64,000 bases of DNA. Origin: Pseudomonadota bacterium (lineage in GTDB: Bacteria; Bdellovibrionota_G; JALEGL01; DATDPG01). Shown piece by piece: positions 8,056-17,596 of the stretch; the first letter of the stretch is position 1; every line of letters begins with the position of its first letter. The notes beneath the pieces were generated by a model. It ran no database searches. It saw nothing but the letters and a program-made list of their open reading frames with translations, and was not told where the DNA came from. The stretch is taken from contig JAZDDX010000015.1 of assembly GCA_043809315.1 (NCBI GenBank), positions 1 through 64,000 on the forward strand. Reading direction: 5' to 3'. The translations under genes were made by a program, and so were the position numbers.

Positions 8056-10509
8056 ATGAAACGATTTCCGGTCATCTTTCGGCAACTCCTCGGCTCCGTA
8101 ACCCCCCTTTTAATGACGGTTCTAGTCGCATGCGGAGCGAATAACCTCGATCTTGCGACTCAGGAGAGCCTGACGTCGGATGCGGGGAGCATCTCTCAGT
8201 GTGCTTCCCTCCCGGCAACAGCCCTTATCGGCCTCGGGACGTGCGGCGGGGGCGGAGGCAGGGTCGTTATTAACCCGAACAAGCCGGTCGGAACCGCCGC
8301 GGCGAACCGAGATCCCGGCGGCATTCCGTTCGAAGAGATGAAGATCACCTGGACCTATCCAGCCTCCGATCGGACCGGAGTCAATTTCGAAATTCAACGG
8401 CAAAAAGGGGCCTCGTTCGTCACGCTTGCGACCAACACGGTTGATCCCAAGCTCTATTACGATCGGACTCTCGCTCCCGGGACCACGTTCACCTACCGGA
8501 TCAACGCCATCGATGCGAACGGCAACACCTATTCGGACAATTTCAGCGGAACCACGCTGCTCGCCACCGGTTCTCCGAATGCTCCGGGATATCTGACCTC
8601 CGTATTGGTGCCGAGTCCTCTGGCGATCGATCTGACCTGGGCGGATCAGAGCACGAACGAAACGAACTTCCTGATCGAGCGCTCCGTGGACCAGGGGGTC
8701 TTTGCCTTGCTGACTCCGGCTCCGGGGCTGGCGGCCAATACTGTTACATACCGAGACGCCGCAATTTCGTACAACCACAGCTATTCGTATCGCGTGTACG
8801 CCAAGAACGCGGCCGGTCGGTCTCCGAACTCGAACGAGATGACGGTGGCCATTGGAAGTGAGCCGGCGCCGGCGGCTCCGTCGGGACTGGTGAGTACGTT
8901 CGTATCTGCGACGCAGATCACGCTTCAATTCAACGACAACTCGACGAACGAGGACAGTTTCGAGGTGCAGCGGAAGCCGGCGGGAGGTTCCTTCGGCGCG
9001 ATTCAGACGCTTTCGGCTCAGACGGGGACCGGGACGGTGACCGTGCAGGACATGTCGGTCTCAGAGGGGACGAGCTACACCTATCGAATCAAAGTAACGA
9101 AGGGGGCGCTCTTTGCATTCTCCAACGAACTTCCCGTCAGCATTCCGGTTCCGAGCGTGTGTAACGCAAGCAGCTCGCCGTTCGGCGGGGGTAATGGGAG
9201 TCCTGGCAATCCGTACCGGATCTGCAGCCCGGATCAGCTCAACCGAATTCGCGGGGCTTATCTTTCGAGCTCTTTCAAGGTCGAGGCGACGATCGATCTT
9301 CAGAACCAGGCATGGACGCCGATGGGAGATGCCACCACGTCGTTTTCGGGAACCTTCGACGGGAATGGGTACACGATCAAGAACCTGAAGGTGATACGGG
9401 TGAATTTCAAAGAGGGGGGGCTCTTCGGCAGAGTTTCGGGGTCGATCATGAACCTGACCGTTCAGCAAGGGACGATCTCGGGAAATTGCCAGGCAGGAGA
9501 TGGGTCGGCGGCTTCCGGGGGGATTGTCGGCATTCTTATGTTTGGGGGCGGGGTGGCAAATTCGGCAGCAATCGACGTCTCCGTCTCCGGTGACGGGTGT
9601 AGCTTGGGCGGCCTCGTGGGGTATCAAGTCGCCGCACCGATCACGAATTCATATGCGACGGGAGCCGTCACGGGGATCAACAACGTGGGCGGCCTCGTGG
9701 GCTATTCGTCTTCGGGAACCATTGCAAATTCATACGCGACGGGGGTTGTCACCGGGGCGAGCTCTGGTGCTTATGTAGGCGGATTGGTGGGTGATGATTA
9801 CGGACCCATCACGGATTCGTACGCGACGGGAGCCGTAACGGGGGGCGCTGCTGTAGGCGGCCTCGTGGGTCGATCCGGAAGCATCACGAATTCGTACGCG
9901 ACGGGGGCGGTGACGGGGCGCGATCATTTAGGCGGCCTGGTGGGCGTTCAAATTTGGGGAACCATCACGAATTCGCACGCGACGGGGACCGTGACGGGGA
10001 CCGTGACGGTGAGCCCTGGTTCCTTCTTCGTAGGCGGTTTGGTGGGAACTCAAGGAGGACCTATCGTGAAATCGTACGCGACGGGGGCCGTGATCGGGCA
10101 GTCCAATGCGTGGGCATATGGCGGGCTGGTGGGGGACGGTGGCGGACCGATCACGAATTCATATTGCACGGGAGCCGTGACGGTGGGCGCTGGTGCGTAT
10201 CAGGTGGGCAGCCTGGTGGGCGCCATTGGTCCAACCACGATCACGAACTCGTACGCGATGGGGGCCGTGACGGTAGGCTCGGGTTCGACCTATGTGAACG
10301 GCCTGGTGGGCTGGAATGAAGCAACCATCACGGCGTCGTACTGGAATCGCACCGTGAATCCGACGCTTACGAGCGACGGAAACGCCAGAACGACGTCCCA
10401 AATGACCGCCATCCTTCCGGATCCGGCTCCGCGGACAACGTACGTTCAATGGGACTTTGGCGGCATCTGGTTTGCCCCCAACGGCACCAGTTATCCGACT
10501 CTGCGTTAA
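8056..10509 (+). CDS. Surface lipoprotein with FN3 domains and GLUG repeats (paralog 3)
   Basis: Same N-terminus; many ITNSYATGAVTG..GGLVG repeats. Confidence 0.9.
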   Translation: MKRFPVIFRQLLGSVTPLLMTVLVACGANNLDLATQESLTSDAGSISQCASLPATALIGLGTCGGGGGRVVINPNKPVGTAAANRDPGGIPFEEMKITWTYPASDRTGVNFEIQRQKGASFVTLATNTVDPKLYYDRTLAPGTTFTYRINAIDANGNTYSDNFSGTTLLATGSPNAPGYLTSVLVPSPLAIDLTWADQSTNETNFLIERSVDQGVFALLTPAPGLAANTVTYRDAAISYNHSYSYRVYAKNAAGRSPNSNEMTVAIGSEPAPAAPSGLVSTFVSATQITLQFNDNSTNEDSFEVQRKPAGGSFGAIQTLSAQTGTGTVTVQDMSVSEGTSYTYRIKVTKGALFAFSNELPVSIPVPSVCNASSSPFGGGNGSPGNPYRICSPDQLNRIRGAYLSSSFKVEATIDLQNQAWTPMGDATTSFSGTFDGNGYTIKNLKVIRVNFKEGGLFGRVSGSIMNLTVQQGTISGNCQAGDGSAASGGIVGILMFGGGVANSAAIDVSVSGDGCSLGGLVGYQVAAPITNSYATGAVTGINNVGGLVGYSSSGTIANSYATGVVTGASSGAYVGGLVGDDYGPITDSYATGAVTGGAAVGGLVGRSGSITNSYATGAVTGRDHLGGLVGVQIWGTITNSHATGTVTGTVTVSPGSFFVGGLVGTQGGPIVKSYATGAVIGQSNAWAYGGLVGDGGGPITNSYCTGAVTVGAGAYQVGSLVGAIGPTTITNSYAMGAVTVGSGSTYVNGLVGWNEATITASYWNRTVNPTLTSDGNARTTSQMTAILPDPAPRTTYVQWDFGGIWFAPNGTSYPTLR

Positions 10510-10547
10510 GTTCGGCGGTGTAGAGCTGTGCTATAGTTTTCCGTAAG

Positions 10548-11285
10548 TTGCTCGACGCAAGGAACGATCTCCTTTCCCAGGCGCTCGCCTCGTGGGAGCG
10601 TGTGCCCGTTTCTCTGCCGGAAGCATGGTCGGAGTTGGGCCCGGTCTCGATCGAAAGGCTTCTTTCAACGATTGAGAAAGAGCGGCGGACGGGGGTTCTC
10701 GAACTGATCGGTGCGCGGAACGGGAGCGAGATCTCGTTCGGCCACGGCTTCATCACCTTTCTGACCGACCGGGAGCAGGGGAATGATCGCTGGACCCCGT
10801 CGGCTCTGCTTGCGACGATCCTCGCCTGGAGAACGGGGAAGCACCGATTCGTGCAAAAGAAAAGCACCGAAACCGGCCCCGAGTTTCCACTCCGACCCGG
10901 TCAACTCCTGACGCTTGGCTGGCTGCTTTTGGCGGAACGGCGGGATCGGTTCTTGAGGAGAGGGGAACTCTTCAACGATTTCACATCATCCGCGGTTCAC
11001 CGTCCTTCGGAACTCTTGCTGGCGGAGTTCTTTCGCGCGCGACGGGAAGGGACGACCGGATCACTCGAAATCGCCGACGCCCGATCGCGGCGGAAGCGGG
11101 TCACGTTCACGGTCGGGGAGGTGACCGGTGTGGTGTCGAGCGAGCCGCGGAACCGAATCGATGAGATTCGCCTCCGTCTCCGGCTTTCATCGGACGTTTC
11201 CCTTTCGTTTCTTCAATTGCTCTGCGACTGGGAGGAGATCCTCGAGTGCTTCCACTGGAGCGGACTCCGCTCCAGTTGGATTTAG
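10548..11285 (+). CDS. Hypothetical protein with degenerate DUF4388-like segments
   Basis: Two copies of an LL..(I/F)..ERRTG.LE-type motif; extended -10 TGCTATAGT upstream. Confidence 0.55.
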   Translation: MLDARNDLLSQALASWERVPVSLPEAWSELGPVSIERLLSTIEKERRTGVLELIGARNGSEISFGHGFITFLTDREQGNDRWTPSALLATILAWRTGKHRFVQKKSTETGPEFPLRPGQLLTLGWLLLAERRDRFLRRGELFNDFTSSAVHRPSELLLAEFFRARREGTTGSLEIADARSRRKRVTFTVGEVTGVVSSEPRNRIDEIRLRLRLSSDVSLSFLQLLCDWEEILECFHWSGLRSSWI

Positions 11286-11296
11286 GAATCAGGCGT

Positions 11297-12904
11297 CTAG
11301 CCGCCCGAATCGCGCAGGAGCTGACGATATTCGGCATTCCCGGGGGCGATGTCGCACGCCATCTCGATGTACGCTTTGGCCGCCTTCTTGTCGCCGCGCA
11401 GGAGATAGGTGCGGGTGTGCTGGCTCAAGAGCTCGGCGCTGAAGGCCCGCATCGGCGGCTCGATGATTTCGTCGCGATACTGCCGCCTCCGATCGTTGTC
11501 CGACAGGAACCGGAACGACTCTTCGATCCGCCCGAGGATCTTGTCGATGAGCGGGAGGTAATCCGGCTTGTTATGGTAGAGCTGCCGGATCTCCTCCCAT
11601 TCCTTCTTCGTTCGCTTATAGCCCGCTTCGATGGCCGGTCCGATCAGCGTCCAGTGGACCTGAATGACGTTGAAGTGCGTGGCGTGGGAGATCTCCGACC
11701 AGACGCGGTTTAAGTGGGGGAGGAACTCCTTTTCCGGCGGCTGATAACTCGTCTGGAACTTGAGACATCGGAGGAAGAAGAGGGCGTATAGAGCCCGGAG
11801 GGTCATGCTCCGGCTGAGGGCGCTGACCGAGAAGATGGTGCGCAACCGGGTCGGGACGAGCAAAGAGACGTTCAGGAACCGAAGCTCTTTCTCGTCGAGC
11901 TTAAGTTTCTGCCAATCGAACGGGAGCTCGTCTTTCTTCGAGACGTAAAGATTCAGAAACGGATCAAGGCCGGCATAGAGCTCTTCATTTGAATAGCTGG
12001 CGCCCGCCTCCATGATCGACCGGTAAAGGACGCGGTGAAGGTGGACCGGAAGAGGCATCGTCCGGGAGAGGTGGTGGACCCCCTCCTCGATCCGGTACTT
12101 CGACTTCTTGGCGGCCAGAATTTTTCCCGCGCACTGAAAGATTACGACACGCCATCCTTTCTGAAGCGCGGCGGAATCGACGATCTTTTGGAGGAGCTTG
12201 ACCTCCGATTCTTTGGTCTCCTTGTGTTTCCGCTGAATGTCGCGGTAGTCGGACTCGGGGAGTTTGCCGGCCTTTCGAAGGGCGTATCCGAGCGATGTGA
12301 CCTCGTCTTCAGGCTCGCTCGTCCCGCCGACGACGAGTCCGTCGCGAAAAAAAACCTCGACGGTCATCTTCTGGTCGGTCTCGACGGTCAAACAACCGGT
12401 GAAATGGTCTTGGGCGAGGCGGAGAAGCAGGCCGAACGATGTATCGAGAGGGGGATCGACCTCTTTCCCGTCACCCGCCCCCTTGTGATGCATCTCCGTG
12501 ATGATCACCGGGAGGTCGGAAGCGAGAGTCCCGGTCAGCGGAATCGTGAGCCTCCCCGGGACCGGGTGCGGCGCGGTTGCGGCCTGCGGCGGAGCAACAG
12601 GGGGTGGAGGAGGAGCGGCCGGTGCCGGGCCGAGAAGGTGATCGAGCTTCGCCTGGTTGACGGGGCTCAACTCGAGGACCTGGACCCCGATCCCCTGCGG
12701 GGAGATGAAGACCACTTCCCCGGTCAGTTCCGCCGTCTCGGATGTTGAACTTACGATCTTCACGCGAACCCTGGACTGGACCGGTACCGGCGTGGAGGTC
12801 TGTACGAACAGGGCGCGCGCCTTGAGATTGTTCCGTAACATTTCGATCTCTTTCGGATTCGAGCCGAGACGAAGTTCGACTTCCTGGTCAATGGGAAGGG
12901 ACAT
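11297..12904 (-). CDS. PilZ-like + DUF4388 + J-domain-like + TPR protein
   Basis: N-terminal NLKARALFVQT..LTGEVVF..GIGVQ (PilZ-like); FTGCLTV..VFFRDG (DUF4388); C-terminal HFNVIQV..IEESFRFLSDNDRRRQY (J-like). Start MSLPIDQ at 12904. Confidence 0.75.
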   Translation of the reverse strand: MSLPIDQEVELRLGSNPKEIEMLRNNLKARALFVQTSTPVPVQSRVRVKIVSSTSETAELTGEVVFISPQGIGVQVLELSPVNQAKLDHLLGPAPAAPPPPPVAPPQAATAPHPVPGRLTIPLTGTLASDLPVIITEMHHKGAGDGKEVDPPLDTSFGLLLRLAQDHFTGCLTVETDQKMTVEVFFRDGLVVGGTSEPEDEVTSLGYALRKAGKLPESDYRDIQRKHKETKESEVKLLQKIVDSAALQKGWRVVIFQCAGKILAAKKSKYRIEEGVHHLSRTMPLPVHLHRVLYRSIMEAGASYSNEELYAGLDPFLNLYVSKKDELPFDWQKLKLDEKELRFLNVSLLVPTRLRTIFSVSALSRSMTLRALYALFFLRCLKFQTSYQPPEKEFLPHLNRVWSEISHATHFNVIQVHWTLIGPAIEAGYKRTKKEWEEIRQLYHNKPDYLPLIDKILGRIEESFRFLSDNDRRRQYRDEIIEPPMRAFSAELLSQHTRTYLLRGDKKAAKAYIEMACDIAPGNAEYRQLLRDSGG

Positions 12905-12943
12905 AGTCGCCTGTTTCGAAGATAGGCGTTCCGGAGCCGAAAT

Positions 12944-12970
12944 CAAAAATCCCGCTTTCGCGGGATCTTT
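12944..12970 (-). terminator. Intrinsic terminator of the ncRNA
   Basis: ATCCCGC-GAAA-GCGGGAT followed by TTTT on the minus strand. Confidence 0.8.
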
Positions 12971-12974
12971 GAAC

Positions 12975-13155
12975 GCTCTCCGTCTCTGCCGTAGGAGCTA
13001 GTGTTTTTACCCTCGGTTATCCAAGGGGGGCTCCGTGTGTGCCGTGTCTGGCTTCCCGATCGCGCCGGGCTTGCTCTCAACGGCCAGGGACGGTGCCCAC
13101 AATCTAGTTATAAGGGATAAAACGTCTTCACCCCTTACGTGCAGCACAGAGAGCA
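12975..13155 (-). ncRNA. ssrS: Probable 6S RNA
   Basis: About 180 nt between a TTGACT-16-TAGAAT promoter and a terminator. Ends pair (GCTCTCTGT/ACGGAGAGC, CGTAAGGGG/CTCCTACG). AT-rich central bubble and inner stem CCGT..CTGGC/GCCAG..ACGG. Confidence 0.7.
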
Positions 13156-13161
13156 AAGTTA

Positions 13162-13189
13162 ATTCTAATGATCGGCGGACTCGAGTCAA
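13162..13189 (-). promoter_or_regulatory. sigma70 promoter of the ncRNA
   Basis: -35 TTGACT (13189-13184), 16-nt spacer, -10 TAGAAT (13167-13162). Confidence 0.75.
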
Positions 13190-13224
13190 TGGCCGTTTCG
13201 ACCGACTCATCTATCCCCTTGACT

Positions 13225-14016
13225 TCAGGACCGATAATCGAACGGAACCGGAGTGAAGCAGAGGACGAAAAGAAGGAACACGACGATCGCGATCGCGATC
13301 CGCTTCCGATCGAGTGGAGTCTGATCGTCGATCGGCGGCGGATGGCGTGTCAGGAGGAGAAGAATGACCACGAAAAAATACCACATCGGATGGTACGCGT
13401 ATCCAAGGTAGAGCATCACCGGGATCGTCAGCCACGAGACGTACCGTCCCCGGCGCCCGAAGAGAGCGTAAGCCAGATGCCCGCCGTCGAGTTGTCCGAT
13501 CGGGAAAAGATTCAGGGCGGTGACGAAAAGGACCGCCCACCCCGCGAACGCGAGAGGATGCAAATAGACATCCGATCCCGCCGGGACCGTGCCGACGATC
13601 GCAGAAGAGATCCAATGAAACAGAAGGGGCTCGCCGAAGAACAGACCGGTGCCGTCGACCGGCAGGGGGCGTACATCGGAGAGAGCCAAACCGACGGTAA
13701 GGACCGGGAGCGCGAGAGCGAGACCGGCCAACGGTCCCGCGACGCCGATGTCGAAGAGCGCCTTGCGGCTCGGAATCGGGCTCCGGATCGAGATCACCGC
13801 CCCCATCGTGCCGAGGAGATTCGGGAACGGAATGAAGATCGGGAGGGTTGCCGCCACTCCGTACCTCCGGCACATTAGGTAGTGGCCGAGTTCGTGCGCC
13901 AGCAGGAGGGTGACGATCGAAACGCCGTAGAGCGGCCCGTTCACCAGCGTGGTTGTCCCCAGCGCGAGCAGAAAAAGAGTCCCGTGGATCAGCCACCGCT
14001 TCCATCCGATCGCCAT
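13225..14016 (-). CDS. Site-2 protease, peptidase M50 family
   Basis: HELGH zinc motif; NLFPIGQLDGGH motif; multiple TM segments. Start MAIGWKR. Confidence 0.92.
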   Translation of the reverse strand: MAIGWKRWLIHGTLFLLALGTTTLVNGPLYGVSIVTLLLAHELGHYLMCRRYGVAATLPIFIPFPNLLGTMGAVISIRSPIPSRKALFDIGVAGPLAGLALALPVLTVGLALSDVRPLPVDGTGLFFGEPLLFHWISSAIVGTVPAGSDVYLHPLAFAGWAVLFVTALNLFPIGQLDGGHLAYALFGRRGRYVSWLTIPVMLYLGYAYHPMWYFFVVILLLLTRHPPPIDDQTPLDRKRIAIAIVVFLLFVLCFTPVPFDYRS

Positions 14017-14018
14017 GA

Positions 14019-14870
14019 TTAGCTTTTCGTCGGCTCCAGGAGGAGGTTGTCGATCAGGCGCGTTTTCCCGAGGTACGCGGCGACAGCGAGGATCGACTTT
14101 TCCGTAACGGTTTCGATCGTTTCGAAATCCCGCCACCGTCGTAGCTCGATGTACTGGATTCGAAGCTCAGGCCGTCGTCCGAGGTCCGACTGGAGGATCT
14201 TCACGAGCTCAAGGCGGCTTCTTTCCCCGCTCTTAAATGCAGTCTCCACCTCTTGAAGTGCGCGATAGATCGAAGGTGCAATCTTCCGTTCGTCGGCGGA
14301 GAGGTAAGCGTTGCGAGAACTCAAGGCCAGGCCGTCCGGTTCCCGAACCGTCGGACAGCCGACCACCTTCAGGGCGAGACCGAGGTCGTCGACCATTTTT
14401 TCAAGAACCCGCAACTGCTGACCGTCTTTCTGTCCGAGATAGAGCCGATCCGGTGTGACCGTCCGGAGGAGATGGTAGACGACGGTTGTCACGCCGCGGA
14501 AATGTCCCGGACGGAACTTGCCGCAGAGGTCCCGGCTGATGAGGGTCTCTTCGATGAACGTCGAAAAACCCTCCGGATAAATGTCGTGATTCGTCGGCGT
14601 CCAGAGAAGATCGACGCCGGTCTCCTCGGCGAGAGCGCGATCCCGTTCCAGCGGACGCGGATATTTATCGAAATCTTCGTTCGGGCCGAACTGCGTCGGG
14701 TTGACGTAGATCGACATTACGGTGAACGGGTTTTCGGTCTTCGATCGTCGGACGAGGGAGAGGTGTCCGTCGTGGAGCGCTCCCATCGTCGGGACGAATC
14801 CGATCGCATACCGTTTCCGGGCCTGCGCGATCTCCGTACGGCACTCGTCGGCGGTAGTGACGACGATCAC
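14019..14870 (-). CDS. panC: Pantoate--beta-alanine ligase
   Basis: GFVPTMGALHDGH, NPTQF, RPGHFRGV, GQKD, REPDGLALSSRN, RLIDN. Confidence 0.97.
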   Translation of the reverse strand: MIVVTTADECRTEIAQARKRYAIGFVPTMGALHDGHLSLVRRSKTENPFTVMSIYVNPTQFGPNEDFDKYPRPLERDRALAEETGVDLLWTPTNHDIYPEGFSTFIEETLISRDLCGKFRPGHFRGVTTVVYHLLRTVTPDRLYLGQKDGQQLRVLEKMVDDLGLALKVVGCPTVREPDGLALSSRNAYLSADERKIAPSIYRALQEVETAFKSGERSRLELVKILQSDLGRRPELRIQYIELRRWRDFETIETVTEKSILAVAAYLGKTRLIDNLLLEPTKS

Positions 14871-16060
14871 CGGCGGGGTTCCTTGGAAAACCGTTCCAGA
14901 CGATCGAGGAGCCTCCGGGCGACGTCGTCCTTCGTGACGTCGACGGCCAGATCGGTTCCGGAGCGGCTCAGGAAGTAGACTGTGGTCGGTCCGGAGCCGA
15001 ACCCTTTCGATTCCTTTCCGACTTCGTTGGCGACGACGAGATCGAGGTTCTTCGTCTCCAGTTTTTTCCGGCCGTTTCGTTCCACATTCTCCGTTTCCGC
15101 GGCGAACCCGACGATCAGGTCGCCGGGGCGGCGCTTCGCCGAGACCGAGGCGAGGATGTCGGGGGTCGGCGTCAGTTCGATCGAGATCGGCTTGTTTTCT
15201 TTCTTGAGCTTCTGTTCCGCCTGTCGGATCGGACGATAGTCGGCTACCGCCGCCGTCGCGAGGAAGATCTCGGCGGGGCCGAGTTCCGATACGCGATCGA
15301 ACATCTCTTGAGCGGAGGTCACCGGGACGAAGCGGGCGCGAAAGTCGGTCTTCTCGGAAGTCGGGCCGTGCACGACGGTGACGTCGGCACCGCGACGAGC
15401 CGCTTCTCGGGCGATTGCGAATCCCATCGTTCCGGTCGAAGGGGAGGATAGAAAGCGAACCGGATCGAGGTACTCGCGCGTCGCTCCGGCGGTCACGACA
15501 ACCCGTTTCCCCGCAAGAATGAAGGCGGTTTCAGGAGTGGTTCCGAGAACCGCAGAAACGATCGTCATCGGTTCCGCCATCTTGCCGACCCCGACTTCGC
15601 CGCACGCCAATTCTCCCGGTACCGGGGGAATGATTTCGACCCCTCGTTCGCGGAGGATCCCGACGTTCTTTTGAACCGCGGGATGGTCCCACATCGCGGT
15701 GTTCATCGCCGGGGCGATCACGATCCGACCGCGGAAGGCGAGATGAATCACGGAAAGAAGATCGCTCGCGCGCCCCTCCGCCATTTTAGCGATCGTGTCG
15801 GCGGTCGTCGGTGCGATCACAAAAAGGTCCGCCCAGCGGGCCACCTCGATGTGCGAGATCCCTCTCGCATCTTCATCCCACATCCCGGTTGATACCGGAG
15901 CGCCGGTCAGCGCTTCGAACGTGAGCTTGGTTACAAACCGCTCGGCCGCCTCGGTCATCACGACGCGGACTTCACATCCGGCGCGGCGGAACTCCCGGAC
16001 CAACTCGCAGCTCTTGTAGGCGGCGATCCCGCCACAGACACCGAGCAAGATCTTAGGCAT
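14867..16060 (-). CDS. coaBC: Phosphopantothenoylcysteine decarboxylase/ligase
   Basis: GGIAAYK, PAMNTAMW, LACGEVGVGK, VTAGATREYLDPVRF, AAVADY, GFAAET. Confidence 0.97.
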   Translation of the reverse strand: MPKILLGVCGGIAAYKSCELVREFRRAGCEVRVVMTEAAERFVTKLTFEALTGAPVSTGMWDEDARGISHIEVARWADLFVIAPTTADTIAKMAEGRASDLLSVIHLAFRGRIVIAPAMNTAMWDHPAVQKNVGILRERGVEIIPPVPGELACGEVGVGKMAEPMTIVSAVLGTTPETAFILAGKRVVVTAGATREYLDPVRFLSSPSTGTMGFAIAREAARRGADVTVVHGPTSEKTDFRARFVPVTSAQEMFDRVSELGPAEIFLATAAVADYRPIRQAEQKLKKENKPISIELTPTPDILASVSAKRRPGDLIVGFAAETENVERNGRKKLETKNLDLVVANEVGKESKGFGSGPTTVYFLSRSGTDLAVDVTKDDVARRLLDRLERFSKEPRR

Positions 16061-16826
16061 GAGGCTTCCCTTCGGTGAGGTTCTCGAACAGGTAACGGAG
16101 GCCGTCGATCGTCAGGAATGGATCAAAGGTGACCTTCGTGCGAAGGGCCGGGACGATCGTCGCCATCCCGCCCCCCGTTGCGATCACCGGAGCGTTCGGT
16201 TGACCGAGTTCGTCGCGCATCTGCCCGATCAATCCGTCGATCATTCGCGCATGTCCCAGTACGGCGCCGCTCATCATCGCTTCGCCGGTCGTCGGACCGA
16301 TCGCCCGTTCCGGCAAGGCCATGTCGATCGTGGGCAGAAGCGCCGTGCGCGAAGCGAGCGCCTCCAGGGAAATTCGAAGACCCGGCGCGATCGCGCCCCC
16401 GATGAACCTCCGATCGGCATCGATCACGCTCAGCGTGGTGGCGGTTCCGGTATCCAAAACGACGGCCGGCGCGCCCTGTTTCCGGAAAGCCCCCTCCAGG
16501 CTCGCGATCCGGTCGGCGCCGACCGCCTCGGGTTGGGGGACCGCGAAGCGAAAGGAGACCGGGGTTTTGTGCGTGACGACGTGGAGATCGGTTTCGCGTC
16601 CCAGGAGGCGGATTTCTTCGGTGGCAGCCGGCACGACGGAAGCGAGGATCATCCCGCCGGACGAACGGAGCGACTCCCCCACCTCGGTGAGACATTCGTT
16701 CAGGAAGATCCTGTACTCGTCAACCGACCGCAAAGGGGAGGTGCCGAGCGTCCATCGGGCGGCGCACACTCCGTCGCGGAAGAATGCGACGGCGGTCTTG
16801 GTGTTGCCGACGTCGATCGCGATCAT
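16053..16826 (-). CDS. coaX: Type III pantothenate kinase
   Basis: IDVGNT, ASVVP, VGADR, DTGTATT, GGAIAPG, ATGG. Confidence 0.95.
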   Translation of the reverse strand: MIAIDVGNTKTAVAFFRDGVCAARWTLGTSPLRSVDEYRIFLNECLTEVGESLRSSGGMILASVVPAATEEIRLLGRETDLHVVTHKTPVSFRFAVPQPEAVGADRIASLEGAFRKQGAPAVVLDTGTATTLSVIDADRRFIGGAIAPGLRISLEALASRTALLPTIDMALPERAIGPTTGEAMMSGAVLGHARMIDGLIGQMRDELGQPNAPVIATGGGMATIVPALRTKVTFDPFLTIDGLRYLFENLTEGKPHA

Positions 16827-17596
16827 TTCCGGTTCTCTTTGACCTTCGTCACGTACGTCCGGGCCGCCTCGGAGATCGTTGTCCGAAGGTTTACGAGGGG
16901 CTCGACGAATTTGGGCACGAACGAGACGGTTAAGCCCAGGAGGTCGTTCGTCACGAGGACCTCTCCGTCGCAGCCGTTCCCCGATCCGATCCCGATCGTC
17001 GGAATCTTGAGAGCCCGCGTGATCTCCGTCGCGAGCGTCGGCTCAACGCACTCCAGGACGATCGAAAACGCCCCGGCCCGCTCCACGGCGAGAGCATCCT
17101 GATGGATCGCTTCCGCTTCGGTCGTGGATTTTCCCCGCATCCGGTACCCGCCGATCTGATGGTACGATTGCGGCGTTAAGCCCACGTGTCCCATGACCGG
17201 GATCCCGACGTCGACGAGACGACGGATCGTCTCTTCCATCGGTCGTCCCCCTTCGAGCTTGACCGCCTGCGCCCCGCCCTCTGCCAGGAAACGGGCTGCG
17301 TTGGTGACTGCGACTTCCACCGACGGCTGGTACGAACCGAACGGCATATCGGCCACGACGAGCGCCCGTTTCGCCGCGCGCGCGACGGCCGAGGTGTGAC
17401 GGAGGATGTCCTCGACCGTCACGCCGATCGTCGTCGGCAAGCCGTAGACGACGTTCCCGACGGAGTCGCCGACAAGGAGGATGTCGATCCCGATCTCGTC
17501 GAGCATCGAGGCGATTTGGAAATCGTACGCCGTCAGCGCGGCGATCCGCTCCCGCCCTTTCATGGCGGTCAGTTGCGGGACGGTCTTCTGAGTCAT
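16823..17596 (-). CDS. panB: 3-methyl-2-oxobutanoate hydroxymethyltransferase
   Basis: LTAYD, LVGDS, ADMPF, VKLEGG, GHVGLTPQ, IGIGSG. Confidence 0.97.
   Translation of the reverse strand: MTQKTVPQLTAMKGRERIAALTAYDFQIASMLDEIGIDILLVGDSVGNVVYGLPTTIGVTVEDILRHTSAVARAAKRALVVADMPFGSYQPSVEVAVTNAARFLAEGGAQAVKLEGGRPMEETIRRLVDVGIPVMGHVGLTPQSYHQIGGYRMRGKSTTEAEAIHQDALAVERAGAFSIVLECVEPTLATEITRALKIPTIGIGSGNGCDGEVLVTNDLLGLTVSFVPKFVEPLVNLRTTISEAARTYVTKVKENRK

Noticed and set aside
9640-10280. CRISPR-like periodic repeats
   Set aside because: In-frame coding GLUG repeats with degenerate codons; no cas genes.
3406-10509. Diversity-generating retroelement or shufflon behind the variable C-termini
   Set aside because: No reverse transcriptase, invertase, adenine-specific TR/VR pair or inverted cassettes seen.
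13007-13256. Short ORFs over the intergenic region
   Set aside because: Better explained by the structured ncRNA with its own promoter and terminator.
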